Part shown: piece by piece, positions 1 to 8,158 of the stretch
Layout: each line of letters begins with the position of its first letter
Position numbering within the stretch: position 1 is the stretch's first letter
Source: Nitrososphaeraceae archaeon
Lineage (GTDB): Archaea > Thermoproteota > Nitrososphaeria > Nitrososphaerales > Nitrososphaeraceae
Direction of reading: 5' to 3'
NCBI GenBank assembly: GCA_035642715.1
Contig: DASQRW010000073.1
Coordinates: 1-32,000, forward strand
DNA length: 32,000 bases
Made by a program: the position numbers and the translations under genes
Notes under the pieces: generated by a model
Database searches by the model: none
Told to the model about the DNA's origin: nothing
What the model saw: only the letters and a program-made list of their open reading frames with translations

Positions 1-442
1 GTGCATCAGGTCCTTTGTTTGGAAAGGGTACAGGTGAATAGAAGTACATATGAGCCTTCTCTAAATTATCCTTATGCTGTTCTACCAGTGTCTTTTGCGC
101 CATTTGCTCCAATGTAATGTCTTTACCATTTCTGCTACAGATCTCATTTATTGCTTGTATTTTGTCGATGTCTATAAAAGTAAGGTATAATTCTTTCTTG
201 TCCTCTCTGTGCCATACTTTACCCACAATAATTGCCATCCCTTTATTGAAGGCTCCTGTCGCCTTCCATTCGTTATGAACCTCCTCAGGAATTGGTTTAT
301 TCTGCCACGGCGCCCATGGTATCGATGTTGTTTTATTCTGAGTGTCTGCAGGAATTACATTAACACCTATATTATAGTGCCAGAAATCAGCCCATCCATT
401 ATAATCATCTAACGGTCGGCTGTTTGAATTACTTGACATCAT
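1..442 (-). CDS. Replication protein, N-terminal primase-polymerase (prim-pol) domain; partial, continues off the left edge
   Basis: Absent from the supplied track because it runs off-window. My minus-strand translation from the ATG at 442: MMSSNSNSRPLDDYNGWADFWHYNIGVNVIPADTQNKTTSIPWAPWQNKPIPEEVHNEWKATGAFNKGMAIIVGKVWHREDKKELYLTFIDIDKIQAINEICSRNGKDITLEQMAQKTLVEQHKDNLEKAHMYFYSPVPFPNKGPDA, open to position 1. The pattern G-x-NVIP, K..W..W, a hydrophobic stretch with G, L.F-IDID and H.YF resembles the bifunctional prim-pol fold (pRN1 ORF904-like) as I remember it. The start overlaps the stop of the upstream gene by 14 nt. Confidence 0.6.
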   Translation of the reverse strand, partial: MMSSNSNSRPLDDYNGWADFWHYNIGVNVIPADTQNKTTSIPWAPWQNKPIPEEVHNEWKATGAFNKGMAIIVGKVWHREDKKELYLTFIDIDKIQAINEICSRNGKDITLEQMAQKTLVEQHKDNLEKAHMYFYSPVPFPNKGPDA

Positions 443-737
443 TAACTCCTTTTTGATTTTCTAAAGCGATCTTTACTTGTTCACCAATAATCTTCTGATC
501 ATACTTGTGAACGTGTATAATCTTGCTTTTACCTGATGAGTTGTAGTCATACTCTTTGTATCGATATATGAAGCCCTTTCGAACTCTGACTGCTTTAAAG
601 AGCCCTTCCTTTTGTATGTTTAAGATTATTGATTTATCTTCATACACCAAAAGAATTGTTAATCCTTTTCTTTCAAATTTGATTACTCCATATTGTTTTG
701 GTTTCTCTGCTACTTCAAAATCAATGAGCGAAGACAC
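429..737 (-). CDS. Hypothetical protein of the integrated element (102 aa)
   Basis: ORF in the track. It abuts the upstream 88-aa ORF with no gap (737/738) and overlaps the prim-pol start, which suggests operon-style coupling. I recognise no family. Confidence 0.5.
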   Translation of the reverse strand: MSSLIDFEVAEKPKQYGVIKFERKGLTILLVYEDKSIILNIQKEGLFKAVRVRKGFIYRYKEYDYNSSGKSKIIHVHKYDQKIIGEQVKIALENQKGVNDVK

Positions 738-1004
738 CTATTCGGTCACCTCCAGAATTTTGGCTTTGTTGTTGTTATTCTTCTTCCCCTGAAGAAGTTC
801 TGGAAATATGTCGATAAATGTCCTCACTCTTTCAAAATTTGGCCTGCAGCTATGATCGCAGCCACACTCAGGACAAATCCTATCAGAACATGACATCAGA
901 AAATCGTTATCAGAGACCATCAACTCCTCTTCGATATTGTCTATTTGACTCGGTTTTCGTAATGGTTGCTCCTGTGTTTCTTTGTCGACATAGGCCATAG
1001 TCAT
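738..1004 (-). CDS. Hypothetical Cys-rich protein of the integrated element (88 aa)
   Basis: ORF in the track. It contains CSDRICPECGCDHSC, a possible metal-binding knuckle. Its ATG overlaps the stop of the upstream small ORF as ATGA (1001-1004). Confidence 0.5.
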   Translation of the reverse strand: MTMAYVDKETQEQPLRKPSQIDNIEEELMVSDNDFLMSCSDRICPECGCDHSCRPNFERVRTFIDIFPELLQGKKNNNNKAKILEVTE

Positions 1005-1171
1005 GATTTTCCTACCTCTTCAGCTATTCCATGTTCCTTCAAATCGACAGCACAAATGTTACAGAATTGTCCTACCTTGTGAACAAATTTTATTTTAAGA
1101 TACGTCTTGACTTCATTTGGAGAATTCTTACAAGCACAAAGTATTTTAGAAGTAGTTGTGACATTATTCAT
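1001..1171 (-). CDS. Small (56 aa) putative zinc-ribbon-like protein of the integrated element
   Basis: Below the track size cutoff. My translation: MNNVTTTSKILCACKNSPNEVKTYLKIKFVHKVGQFCNICAVDLKEHGIAEEVGKS, with CxC and CxxC pairs. The ATG at 1171 overlaps the RHH gene stop (1164-1166) and its TGA overlaps the next ATG. This fills what would otherwise be the only gap in the operon. Confidence 0.35.
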   Translation of the reverse strand: MNNVTTTSKILCACKNSPNEVKTYLKIKFVHKVGQFCNICAVDLKEHGIAEEVGKS

Positions 1172-1373
1172 GTCTGCAACCCCCTTCTAATGGTGTGTTG
1201 TGATCGGCAACAGACTGATGAGAGTGACCAGCTCGAGAATCAGTCTGTTGTTGTTTTAATATCTTCAGCATTCCAGTGACTACGTCGTTGAACGAATCTC
1301 CTGCTTTACCAAGTGACTTGAGGAGAATATAGTTCTCTTCGCTGATTGCGATTTGCTTTAATTTTAAAAGCAT
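1164..1373 (-). CDS. Ribbon-helix-helix / VapB-antitoxin-like (CopG-like) small DNA-binding protein, first gene of the element operon
   Basis: N-terminus MLLKLKQIAISEENYILLKSLGKAGDSFNDVVTGMLK matches the archaeal putative-antitoxin/RHH pattern (K-x-I-x-I-S-x-E-x-Y-x-x-L-K ... SF-x-D-V-I) as I remember it. Its position upstream of a prim-pol replicase parallels the pRN1-family CopG-like/ORF904 arrangement. Confidence 0.55.
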   Translation of the reverse strand: MLLKLKQIAISEENYILLKSLGKAGDSFNDVVTGMLKILKQQQTDSRAGHSHQSVADHNTPLEGGCRHE

Positions 1374-1497
1374 TTTAACACTTTATAGTATGAGAGGATT
1401 AATAAACTAACTGAATTTTACAATAAAGTATATACAAAATTAGAAATCACCTATTTATACCTTTCATATTATATAATTTTGATAGAATAAACTATAT

Positions 1498-1543
1498 TAT
1501 TTACTACATTTTAATACTATTATTTACTATATTTTAATACTAT
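1498..1543. repeat. Two tandem 23-bp direct repeats (TATTTACTAYATTTTAATACTAT) in the element intergenic region
   Basis: 1498-1520 and 1521-1543 differ at one position (C/T). They lie between the operon promoter region and the integrase 3' end. Confidence 0.8.
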
Positions 1544-1713
1544 TAACTCAGAGAAGTTTGTAAGTATAACAATTATAGAAACTCCTCAACAACTAATGAT
1601 TCGCTTTCTTGTAATACCCTGACTCTTTCTCTTTCTGATTCTCTAATGTTTCATTGTAAGCATCATATATCAATACCATCCTGTATTTTGCAAAGAAACT
1701 TAATCGGGTTTGT

Positions 1714-2568
1714 TTAAGATGCAATAAGAGATTTATGTAAGGATATTAAGCATTCAGTAATATTTCTGTGATTGAAATCTGGTCTGAAATAATGTTTTGC
1801 AAATACAGACTTTGCAATTCTTCCTTGTAGGAGATCTATAATCTCTGGTTCAATTCCGTTATTTCTAAGGTGAGTAGCAAATATCTTTCTACAAAATGCC
1901 ATATTCATATGAAGCCCTTTACGCTTTATCGATAGTCTAAGAGCATTGTAGCTATGATCAGCAGCTTCTCTTGCTAGACATAAAATTGTATCATTAACAA
2001 TACTTATGTACGCCTTCTTAGTCCTCCTAATAAAGATAGACGGGTATTTGTAATGCTCTAAAATGGTATTGTCTTTAAGATAATTATTGTCAGATTCTTT
2101 ATTATTATTATGTAATATCTTGATACTTTGGATAGCCTCTTCTGGCCTAAGACCAGTTAAGGCATTAAATAAAAGAATATTTCCATATGATTGCGGTAAC
2201 TTTGTAAGTGCATCTTTGAGCCATTTTACCATTGAACTAAAGTCGTGATCAGCATTGGTGATATTCTGAAATACCTGAACTGCATCTTCATTTGACCATT
2301 TTAGCTGATGCCGCTGAATAATGGACTTCCATATGTCATAACAGCCCAAGTATTTGGATAACGCTGCCAAAGCTTTCATCGCATGTATTCTTTTATCATT
2401 AGATAATATCAAAAGCTCTTGAGCATTAGCTTCTGTTAATACATGATAGTATTTCTTTGAATATAACAACCTGGATTTAGCAGTATGCTTATTGTGAATA
2501 GTTAAGAGATACTCTTGGTGGAATTTGACCCAAAATTTATCATTATCATCTATACCATTATCATTTGA
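1714..2568 (-). CDS. Tyrosine recombinase / integrase (catalytic part); true start unclear. The ORF is open up to 2754, but codons 1-62 are tRNA-derived or low-complexity
   Basis: The track ORF 1714..2754 contains LTGLRPEEA (box I Arg), FCRKIFATHL and LLQGRIAKSVFAKHY (Arg and Tyr). This is a tyrosine-recombinase signature with Arg in place of the usual LGH His, as in archaeal SSV-like integrases. There is no ATG between the tRNA-derived part and an internal Met (HAMKAL). Confidence 0.75.
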   Translation of the reverse strand, partial: SNDNGIDDNDKFWVKFHQEYLLTIHNKHTAKSRLLYSKKYYHVLTEANAQELLILSNDKRIHAMKALAALSKYLGCYDIWKSIIQRHQLKWSNEDAVQVFQNITNADHDFSSMVKWLKDALTKLPQSYGNILLFNALTGLRPEEAIQSIKILHNNNKESDNNYLKDNTILEHYKYPSIFIRRTKKAYISIVNDTILCLAREAADHSYNALRLSIKRKGLHMNMAFCRKIFATHLRNNGIEPEIIDLLQGRIAKSVFAKHYFRPDFNHRNITECLISLHKSLIAS

Positions 2569-2570
2569 GG

Positions 2571-2605
2571 CTTGGTAGCTCAGACTGGTAGAGCGTTGCC
2601 TTGGT
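2571..2605 (+). repeat. 35-nt exact copy of the tRNA-Thr(GGU) 5' half, inverted relative to the tRNA gene and embedded in the integrase ORF (att-like)
   Basis: CTTGGTAGCTCAGACTGGTAGAGCGTTGCCTTGGT at 2571-2605 is the exact reverse complement of 2750-2784. That corresponds to tRNA nucleotides 3-37 by raw count, ending at the third anticodon base. Neither flank continues as tRNA. Confidence 0.85.
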
Positions 2606-2610
2606 GGTGG

Positions 2611-2651
2611 CCTTACTGTATACGGTAAGGATCTTACTGTATTTGGTAAGG
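2611..2651. repeat. Two tandem about 20-nt hairpin-forming repeats resembling the tRNA-Thr anticodon arm with a 9-nt insert
   Basis: CCTTACTGTATACGGTAAGG (2611-2630) and ATCTTACTGTATTTGGTAAGG (2631-2651). Each has CTTAC/GTAAG arms. The CCTT...GGTAAGG ends match the tRNA anticodon arm CCTTGGTAAGG. Confidence 0.6.
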
Positions 2652-2712
2652 GTGTATTAACTGACGATAATGACGAAAAGGCAGATTCTTCCTTCTTTTG
2701 GTCAAAGGAGTG

Positions 2713-2786
2713 AGCCTTGGCCGGGATTTGGACCCGGGACCTTTGCCTTACCAAGGCAACGCTCTACCAGTCTGAGCTACCAAGGC
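2713..2786 (-). tRNA. tRNA-Thr (anticodon GGU), 74 nt, no intron
   Basis: Minus strand: GCCTTGG TA GCTC AGACTGGTA GAGC G TTGCC TTGGTAA GGCAA AGGTC CCGGG TCCAAAT CCCGG CCAAGGC T. All four stems pair fully and the anticodon is GGT. Confidence 0.9.
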
Positions 2787-3127
2787 GCCTATGATTCAGT
2801 AAGAGTATACATTTTCACTAATTTGTATTCTATAGATTATAGGAATAATTAACCCATAATCGGCGAACTAACTAATTTGCTATTATTTGTATTTATTAAC
2901 CTAGCTATCATTAGTTTTTCGTCCATCTTATTATATAATGTAGTTGAATGGTAAAGTAAATAAAATAACAATCTAAAGTGGTATTATATTTTCTTTTTCT
3001 CAATCCAAATACGCCAGTATCGTATTATAATGAAAGAGTCTGTCTTAGATCGCTTGTAAATAGAATTAGGATATTTATCGTGTAAGGTTTAATTACAGTA
3101 TCCAAATAAACTTGAACAATAAATAAA

Positions 3128-3250
3128 GCGGGGGTTGTAGAGCCTGGCCAAATAGGCTGAATATAGAATTGGAGACGCGGGACTTAAGATCTTGAAATAT
3201 GGGTGATCCCGTCCCTTAGGGGTTCGTGGGTTCGAATCCCACCCCCCGCA
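3128..3250 (+). tRNA. tRNA-Leu (anticodon UAA) with two apparent introns: 21 nt in the D-arm 3' strand (3155-3175) and 17 nt after the anticodon loop (3190-3206)
   Basis: Acceptor GCGGGGG/CCCCCGC plus discriminator A. T-arm GTGGG TTCGAAT CCCAC. Long variable arm TCCCTTAGGGGTTC. Anticodon stem CGGGA/TCCCG with loop CTTAAGA, restored only when 3190-3206 is removed. D-stem GTA/TAC is restored only when 3155-3175 is removed. The predicted mature length is 85 nt. Confidence 0.85.
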
Positions 3251-3893
3251 TCTCATAATTCTGCTGATTTTGCCTGAACTCCAGCACTGTATTGATAAAG
3301 TGTCTGTGGAGCCTATCATCCCCCGATAATTCTGGATGGAAAGCAGTTCCGATAATATTCTTTTGATTTACAGCAACGATTTTATCATTAAATTTGGCTA
3401 AGACATCAACTCCATTTCCAAGTTCAGTTATAACTGGAGATCGTATGAAAATACCTTTGTATAGGTCATTACCCAGAATTGGTATATAAAGATCAGTTTC
3501 AAAAGAATCATTTTGTCTTCCAAACGCATTTCTCTCTATCACAATATTCAGATTTCCTATCAATTGTTGCTTTGTCTCACCGACTACTCTGTCGTAGGCA
3601 CGTTTTGAAAGCATAATCATTCCAGCACATGATCCCATTGCAGGCATACCAGTGGAAATGCGTCGCTTAATCGTCTGAAATGTCGCTTCATGTACTCTAA
3701 CTAGACTACTAATTACAGTACTTTCTCCTCCAGGTATTATCAAGCCATCAACTTGTTCTATTTCCTCAGAGTAGCGAACAGATATTGCACTCCCTCTTAC
3801 TTTCATATTCTGTAGTGCTTCATTAGTGGCAGCAATATTTTCTTCAATGTCACCTTGAACTGCTAATATCCCGATGATTATTTCGTCCTTCAA
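3216..3893 (-). CDS. pdxT: Pyridoxal 5'-phosphate synthase, glutaminase subunit PdxT
   Basis: [13 protein letters not shown]..., [15 protein letters not shown] and FHPEL motifs are typical of PdxT/SNO. The TTG start overlaps the pdxS stop (TTGA). The last about 12 codons are antisense to tRNA-Leu. Confidence 0.9.
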   Translation of the reverse strand: MKDEIIIGILAVQGDIEENIAATNEALQNMKVRGSAISVRYSEEIEQVDGLIIPGGESTVISSLVRVHEATFQTIKRRISTGMPAMGSCAGMIMLSKRAYDRVVGETKQQLIGNLNIVIERNAFGRQNDSFETDLYIPILGNDLYKGIFIRSPVITELGNGVDVLAKFNDKIVAVNQKNIIGTAFHPELSGDDRLHRHFINTVLEFRQNQQNYEMRGVGFEPTNP

Positions 3894-4861
3894 GTTGAAG
3901 GTCCTCGTTCTTGCATCTTTAATTCGAGGTTCTTTGTATCAAGTCCAAGCATAGATTTTTTCTCATCAACCATTTTCTGCGCTTCCATAACAATCTGTGG
4001 ATTATCATAATATGTAGTAGCAAGAACTATTGACCTAGCTCTTTGAGACGGGTCAGTTGCTTTAAAGATACCAGAACCAACAAAGACACCATCACATCCA
4101 AGATTCATTAGAAAGGCTGCATCTGCAGGGGTTGATATTCCACCTGCCGCAAAATTTACTACAGGTAATCTGCCCAGACGTGCAGTTTCTTCAACGAGCG
4201 GAAATGAAACGTTCAATTCTCTCGCAGTCTTAATTAACCCTTGATTATCCATATCATGATACATTGAACTAATATGACGAATACTATTATTCACCATTTT
4301 CATATGGGTGACTGCTTCAGCAACGTTACCAGTACCTGGTTCGCCTTTTGTTCTAATCATGGCGCACCCTTCTTCTATTCTTCTTAATGCCTCGCCAAGA
4401 TTCTTTGCTCCATTTACAAATGGTGTTGTATAATCCCATTTCCATATATGACTGACCTCATCTGCCGGAGTTAAAACTTCACTTTCGTCGATCATATCAA
4501 CTCCCGTTACTTCAAGTACTTTAGCCTCCCAAACATGACCAATCCTGCACTTTGCCATAATAGGAATAGTAACAGCATCCATAATGTCCTGAATTACCTT
4601 AACACTTGCTGTTCTAGCAACTCCTCCAGCCTTTCTCACGTCATAAGGTAGTTTATCCAATACCATAACAGCAACTGCGCCAGCATCTTCTGCAATTTGT
4701 GCTTGTTCGACATTAGTAACATCCATTATTACTCCATGCTTCTGCATATGAGCAAAACCACGTTTAACCAGAGTAGTGCCTCGAACGATCTTTGTATTTT
4801 CTAATTTACCTAATTTGATGCCCTTGGGCTCAAGTTCATTTGCCACAAGAGATATTGTCAT
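3890..4861 (-). CDS. pdxS: Pyridoxal 5'-phosphate synthase, lyase subunit PdxS
   Basis: [48 protein letters not shown] and [13 protein letters not shown] are hallmark PdxS/SNZ motifs. Confidence 0.93.
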   Translation of the reverse strand: MTISLVANELEPKGIKLGKLENTKIVRGTTLVKRGFAHMQKHGVIMDVTNVEQAQIAEDAGAVAVMVLDKLPYDVRKAGGVARTASVKVIQDIMDAVTIPIMAKCRIGHVWEAKVLEVTGVDMIDESEVLTPADEVSHIWKWDYTTPFVNGAKNLGEALRRIEEGCAMIRTKGEPGTGNVAEAVTHMKMVNNSIRHISSMYHDMDNQGLIKTARELNVSFPLVEETARLGRLPVVNFAAGGISTPADAAFLMNLGCDGVFVGSGIFKATDPSQRARSIVLATTYYDNPQIVMEAQKMVDEKKSMLGLDTKNLELKMQERGPST

Positions 4862-5009
4862 AATTTAATTTCTTAGTTCGCTCTATATAGACATTAGTTT
4901 TTCTTGCTTTTCGACTTTAGTTTTATTATTGTTATTAATTAGCTATGAGACAAAATATGGAAATGTGTAAAGTATATTACTTTGAAGATATCACCAGTGT
5001 TATATTAAA

Positions 5010-5168
5010 TTGTCAGATAATGTTAAACAACAGGTTTCTAACGATGATGGAACTAGCTGCGATTATTGTGGCAATCCACTGGAAGCCTGTATGTGCGTAT
5101 GTCCTTATTGTGGCGAATTAAATGGTTGTGAATGTTGCCTGTTTGATGCCGTAACTGGCGGTGGCTAA
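5010..5168 (+). CDS. Candidate small Cys-rich CPxCG-type zinc-finger protein (up to 52 aa; start uncertain, TTG at 5010 or ATG at 5091)
   Basis: My translation: (L)SDNVKQQVSNDDGTSCDYCGNPLEACMCVCPYCGELNGCECCLFDAVTGGG, stop at 5166-5168. It has ten Cys residues including CDYCG and CPYCG knuckles. It lies in the 374-bp divergent spacer between pdxS and the oxidoreductase. No ATG precedes the first Cys pair. Confidence 0.3.
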   Translation: MSDNVKQQVSNDDGTSCDYCGNPLEACMCVCPYCGELNGCECCLFDAVTGGG

Positions 5169-5235
5169 AAAATAATTTAAAATTACGTTTTATTTTCTAA
5201 ATGATTAAAAGCACGTTTTGCGGAAATCAATCTAG

Positions 5236-7200
5236 ATGACTATATCAAAAACTACTAATTCTTTAACATGGGTTATTGGAGGAGCTCAGGGAAGTGGAGT
5301 AGACTCTGCAGCTAATATCTTCTCACGAGCCTGTGCACAGGGCGGCTTGCATATCTTTGGAAAGCGAGAATTTTACTCTAATATTAAAGGTGAACACAGT
5401 TATTTTACGGTAAGAATATCAGAAAAGCCAATTCGATCTCATGTTGATAATATCGATATACTGGCATCCTTTGATGCTGAAACAGTATTTAGACATGGAG
5501 ATAAAGTAACAGACGGCGGAGCCATAATTTACGATTCAGAGTTAGTCAATACCGCTATTCACGATGTCCCTACTATTGATGAAACTGCCTCTGAAAGAAT
5601 ATCTAGAATACTGGAAAAAGCTGGTAAGCCGCTGACTATTCAAGGGATGCTGGATTATGCTAAGGATAATGGAGCTCTGCTCTACAAGATGCCATATCTT
5701 AAGGTACTAAAAGAATTTGCAGAAAAGATCAATGATACCTCTCTGAGCAAATTTACAAGAATGGTAAATGTTATGGCTTTATCAGCATCAATGGCAATTT
5801 TAAATTTTGATTCTGAGATACTGGCAAAAGCAATAAGACATGTTTTTCGAGCAAAACCCAAAGTCGCTGAGATCAATATCTCTGTAGCCAATTATGCTTA
5901 TAATTATAGTAAATCAGAATTTGATCCATCTGAAGTTAGGTTCATTATAAGATGTAGGCAGCCTTCTGCAGAGATAATACTGGCGCAGGGAAATCAATCA
6001 TCTGGTTTAGGAAAGATCGTGGCAGGCTGCAAGTTACAAACATATTATCCCATAACTCCAGCAAGCGATGACAGCGAATTTTTAGAATCTAATCAGATAA
6101 TTGAGCAGAGAAATGGTCATAATGGTTCTCTAGTAGTTCTTCAAACTGAAGATGAAATAGCTGCTATTGCGATGGCAATAGGAGGGGCTTTAACTGGGGT
6201 GCGTTCAGCCACTGCAACTTCAGGACCTGGCTTTTCGCTAATGACAGAAGCATTGGGATGGGCCGGGATGAATGAAGTTCCATTGGTTGTCTCATTATAT
6301 CAACGGACCGGCCCCGCTACTGGCCTTCCAACTAGACATGAACAAGGCGATTTGTTATTTGCAGTAAATGCAGGACATGGAGAATTTCCAAAAATTGTTT
6401 TTGCTTCTGGAGATATTGAAGAAAGTTTTTACGACACCATAAAAGCATTCAACTTTGCAGAGAAATATCAAACGCCGGTCATACATATGCTGGACAAAGC
6501 CATAGCAAACAGCATAATGACATGCAAAATATTCGACCCATATAAAGTTACACTAGATAGAGGACAATTATCAGAAAGTGTTGCTCCATCAACAGAGACA
6601 GGTATTGCTGGTCACTATTTGAGATTCAAGTTAAGTGAAAATCCGATTTCTCCCCGCATACCCCTTGGGACTGAAAATGGAATATTCTGGAATACAGGAG
6701 ATGAACACACGGAAGAGGGTCATATTACAGAAGATCCAGAAATGCGTCTTAAAATGATGAATAAACGAATGAGTAAACTAGATGTTGCCTTAAATGAAAT
6801 ATCCAATGAAGACAAAGCAATAACCTATGGCGAAGATGATCCATTAATGGGTTTGACAATAATAAGTTGGGGTTCGACCAAGGGTGCAATTTTAGATGCA
6901 ATGGATCGATTGTCATATGAGGGGAAAAAAATCAAATTCGTTCAGCTAAGATTGATACATCCATTTCCGACCGAAGTAGTAGAAAAAATGCTAGTCAATA
7001 CAAAAGTCTTAGTAGATATTGAGATGAATTATTCATCACAATTGGGATTACTTGTAAAACAGAATCTGAAGCGCGAGATTAACTATAGTATTGTAAAATA
7101 CAATGGCAGGCCAATGTCTTCAAGTGAGATTTATAATGCTATAATGCATATAATAGATGGAAACGCATCAAGGAGAATTGTGTTAGAAAATGGCACTTAA
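5236..7200 (+). CDS. 2-oxoacid:ferredoxin oxidoreductase, alpha subunit (fused gamma/alpha type)
   Basis: 654 aa. The N-terminal gamma-like domain ([14 protein letters not shown]) and the alpha core ([18 protein letters not shown]) fit Sulfolobus-type two-subunit OFOR. It overlaps the beta gene by 11 nt. Confidence 0.9.
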   Translation: MTISKTTNSLTWVIGGAQGSGVDSAANIFSRACAQGGLHIFGKREFYSNIKGEHSYFTVRISEKPIRSHVDNIDILASFDAETVFRHGDKVTDGGAIIYDSELVNTAIHDVPTIDETASERISRILEKAGKPLTIQGMLDYAKDNGALLYKMPYLKVLKEFAEKINDTSLSKFTRMVNVMALSASMAILNFDSEILAKAIRHVFRAKPKVAEINISVANYAYNYSKSEFDPSEVRFIIRCRQPSAEIILAQGNQSSGLGKIVAGCKLQTYYPITPASDDSEFLESNQIIEQRNGHNGSLVVLQTEDEIAAIAMAIGGALTGVRSATATSGPGFSLMTEALGWAGMNEVPLVVSLYQRTGPATGLPTRHEQGDLLFAVNAGHGEFPKIVFASGDIEESFYDTIKAFNFAEKYQTPVIHMLDKAIANSIMTCKIFDPYKVTLDRGQLSESVAPSTETGIAGHYLRFKLSENPISPRIPLGTENGIFWNTGDEHTEEGHITEDPEMRLKMMNKRMSKLDVALNEISNEDKAITYGEDDPLMGLTIISWGSTKGAILDAMDRLSYEGKKIKFVQLRLIHPFPTEVVEKMLVNTKVLVDIEMNYSSQLGLLVKQNLKREINYSIVKYNGRPMSSSEIYNAIMHIIDGNASRRIVLENGT

Positions 7201-8158
7201 ATTAGCAGACTACAAAACAGACACACATAACGATTGGTGTCCTGGCTGTGGAGATTTCGGCATATTAAATGCTATTCAAATGGCTTTATTCGATATGCAA
7301 ATTCCTCGTCATCGCACCGCAATATTTTCGGGTATAGGCTGTTCCGGTAAGACACCCCACTTTATCCATACATATGGAATACACACATTACATGGCAGAG
7401 TTTTACCATTCGCGCAAGGCGCAAAGTTGTCTAATCCGGAACTAGAAATATTGGCTGTAGGAGGAGATGGCGATGGTCTTGGAATTGGTGCTGGCCATTT
7501 TATAGGTGCAGGTAGAAGAAATGTAGATATGGTTTATATAATATTCAATAATGGAGTCTACGGTCTAACAAAAGGTCAAGCTGCGCCTACTTTAAAATTA
7601 GGTATGAAAACCAAGTCCCTTACACAACCCAATGTGAATAATTCTGTTAATCCAATATCTCTTGCTTTGGTGGCAGGATTTACTTTCATTGCAAGAGGAT
7701 ATTCATACGATGTCAGACATTTAAAAGAGATCATCAAAAAAGCAATTGAGCACAAAGGTCTTGCTTTTTTGGATGTTTTGCAACCGTGTCCAACTTATAA
7801 CGACATAAATACAAAGGAATGGTACCAAGGATTAGACAATATTAACCCAGAAACGAATAAGCAGATCCCAAGAACATACAAGATAGAGGAGACAGGATAT
7901 GATGGCGTAGTACATGAAGTAGAGGATATTAATGACAAAATGGCACAGGTAATTGAAAAATCGAATGAATGGGGCAACAAAATACCTATAGGTATATTCT
8001 ATCAAAATGAACATATACCAACTTATCAAGAGAGAATACTTGCTAGAGTATCTGACTATACAGAAAACCCACCATGTAAACAAGCTATATCAGATGAGAA
8101 TAACAAGTCAATCTTTAGTATAGACAAGCTTTTAGCAGAGCTAAGAGTTGACAATTGA
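7190..8158 (+). CDS. 2-oxoacid:ferredoxin oxidoreductase, beta (TPP-binding) subunit
   Basis: [27 protein letters not shown] and [11 protein letters not shown] are typical of the OFOR beta subunit. Confidence 0.9.
   Translation: MALKLADYKTDTHNDWCPGCGDFGILNAIQMALFDMQIPRHRTAIFSGIGCSGKTPHFIHTYGIHTLHGRVLPFAQGAKLSNPELEILAVGGDGDGLGIGAGHFIGAGRRNVDMVYIIFNNGVYGLTKGQAAPTLKLGMKTKSLTQPNVNNSVNPISLALVAGFTFIARGYSYDVRHLKEIIKKAIEHKGLAFLDVLQPCPTYNDINTKEWYQGLDNINPETNKQIPRTYKIEETGYDGVVHEVEDINDKMAQVIEKSNEWGNKIPIGIFYQNEHIPTYQERILARVSDYTENPPCKQAISDENNKSIFSIDKLLAELRVDN

Larger units (their letters stand above)
1..2749. mobile_element. Right-hand end of an integrated plasmid/provirus-like element (prim-pol replicase, small-gene operon, integrase) inserted at tRNA-Thr; left boundary is off-window
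   Basis: Gene content: prim-pol, RHH regulator, Cys-rich small ORFs with overlapping start/stop codons, tyrosine recombinase. It directly abuts tRNA-Thr, and the integrase reading frame stays open into the tRNA 3' half. The right boundary is approximate and lies inside or next to the tRNA. Confidence 0.55.

Noticed and set aside
209-412. Track ORF 209-412 (+) and the plus-strand ORFs at 556-1000 and 1031-1279
   Set aside because: These are antisense shadows of the better-supported minus-strand operon (prim-pol and small genes with coupled starts and stops). Their composition is Cys/Phe-rich and low-complexity.
1380-1710. CRISPR array or other spaced-repeat locus, checked here and in the other AT-rich spacers (for example 23812-24761 and 26214-26600)
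   Set aside because: Only two adjacent 23-bp repeats with no spacers occur here. Elsewhere there are only short AT-rich motifs. Nothing shows the repeat-spacer periodicity of CRISPR.
2569-2660. Possible plus-strand tRNA or split-tRNA 5' half starting GGCTTGGTAGCTC...
   Set aside because: After the anticodon the sequence does not provide the 3' anticodon stem (GGCAA), a T-arm or an acceptor 3' strand. No matching 3' half (ending CCAAGCC with a T-arm) is present in the window. I treat it as a tRNA-derived att-like fragment.
2670-3319. Track ORFs 2670-2852 (+) and 3089-3319 (-)
   Set aside because: Both are read across or antisense to the tRNA-Thr and tRNA-Leu genes; peptides such as RQRSTSLSYQ are translated tRNA sequence. 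There is no independent coding evidence.
5021-5122. ATG-started 33-aa ORF (MLNNRFLTMMELAAIIVAIHWKPVCAYVLIVAN) overlapping the Cys-rich frame
   Set aside because: It is short and featureless. The alternative frame, with its ten patterned Cys codons, is the more plausible coding signal, and even that is kept at low confidence.
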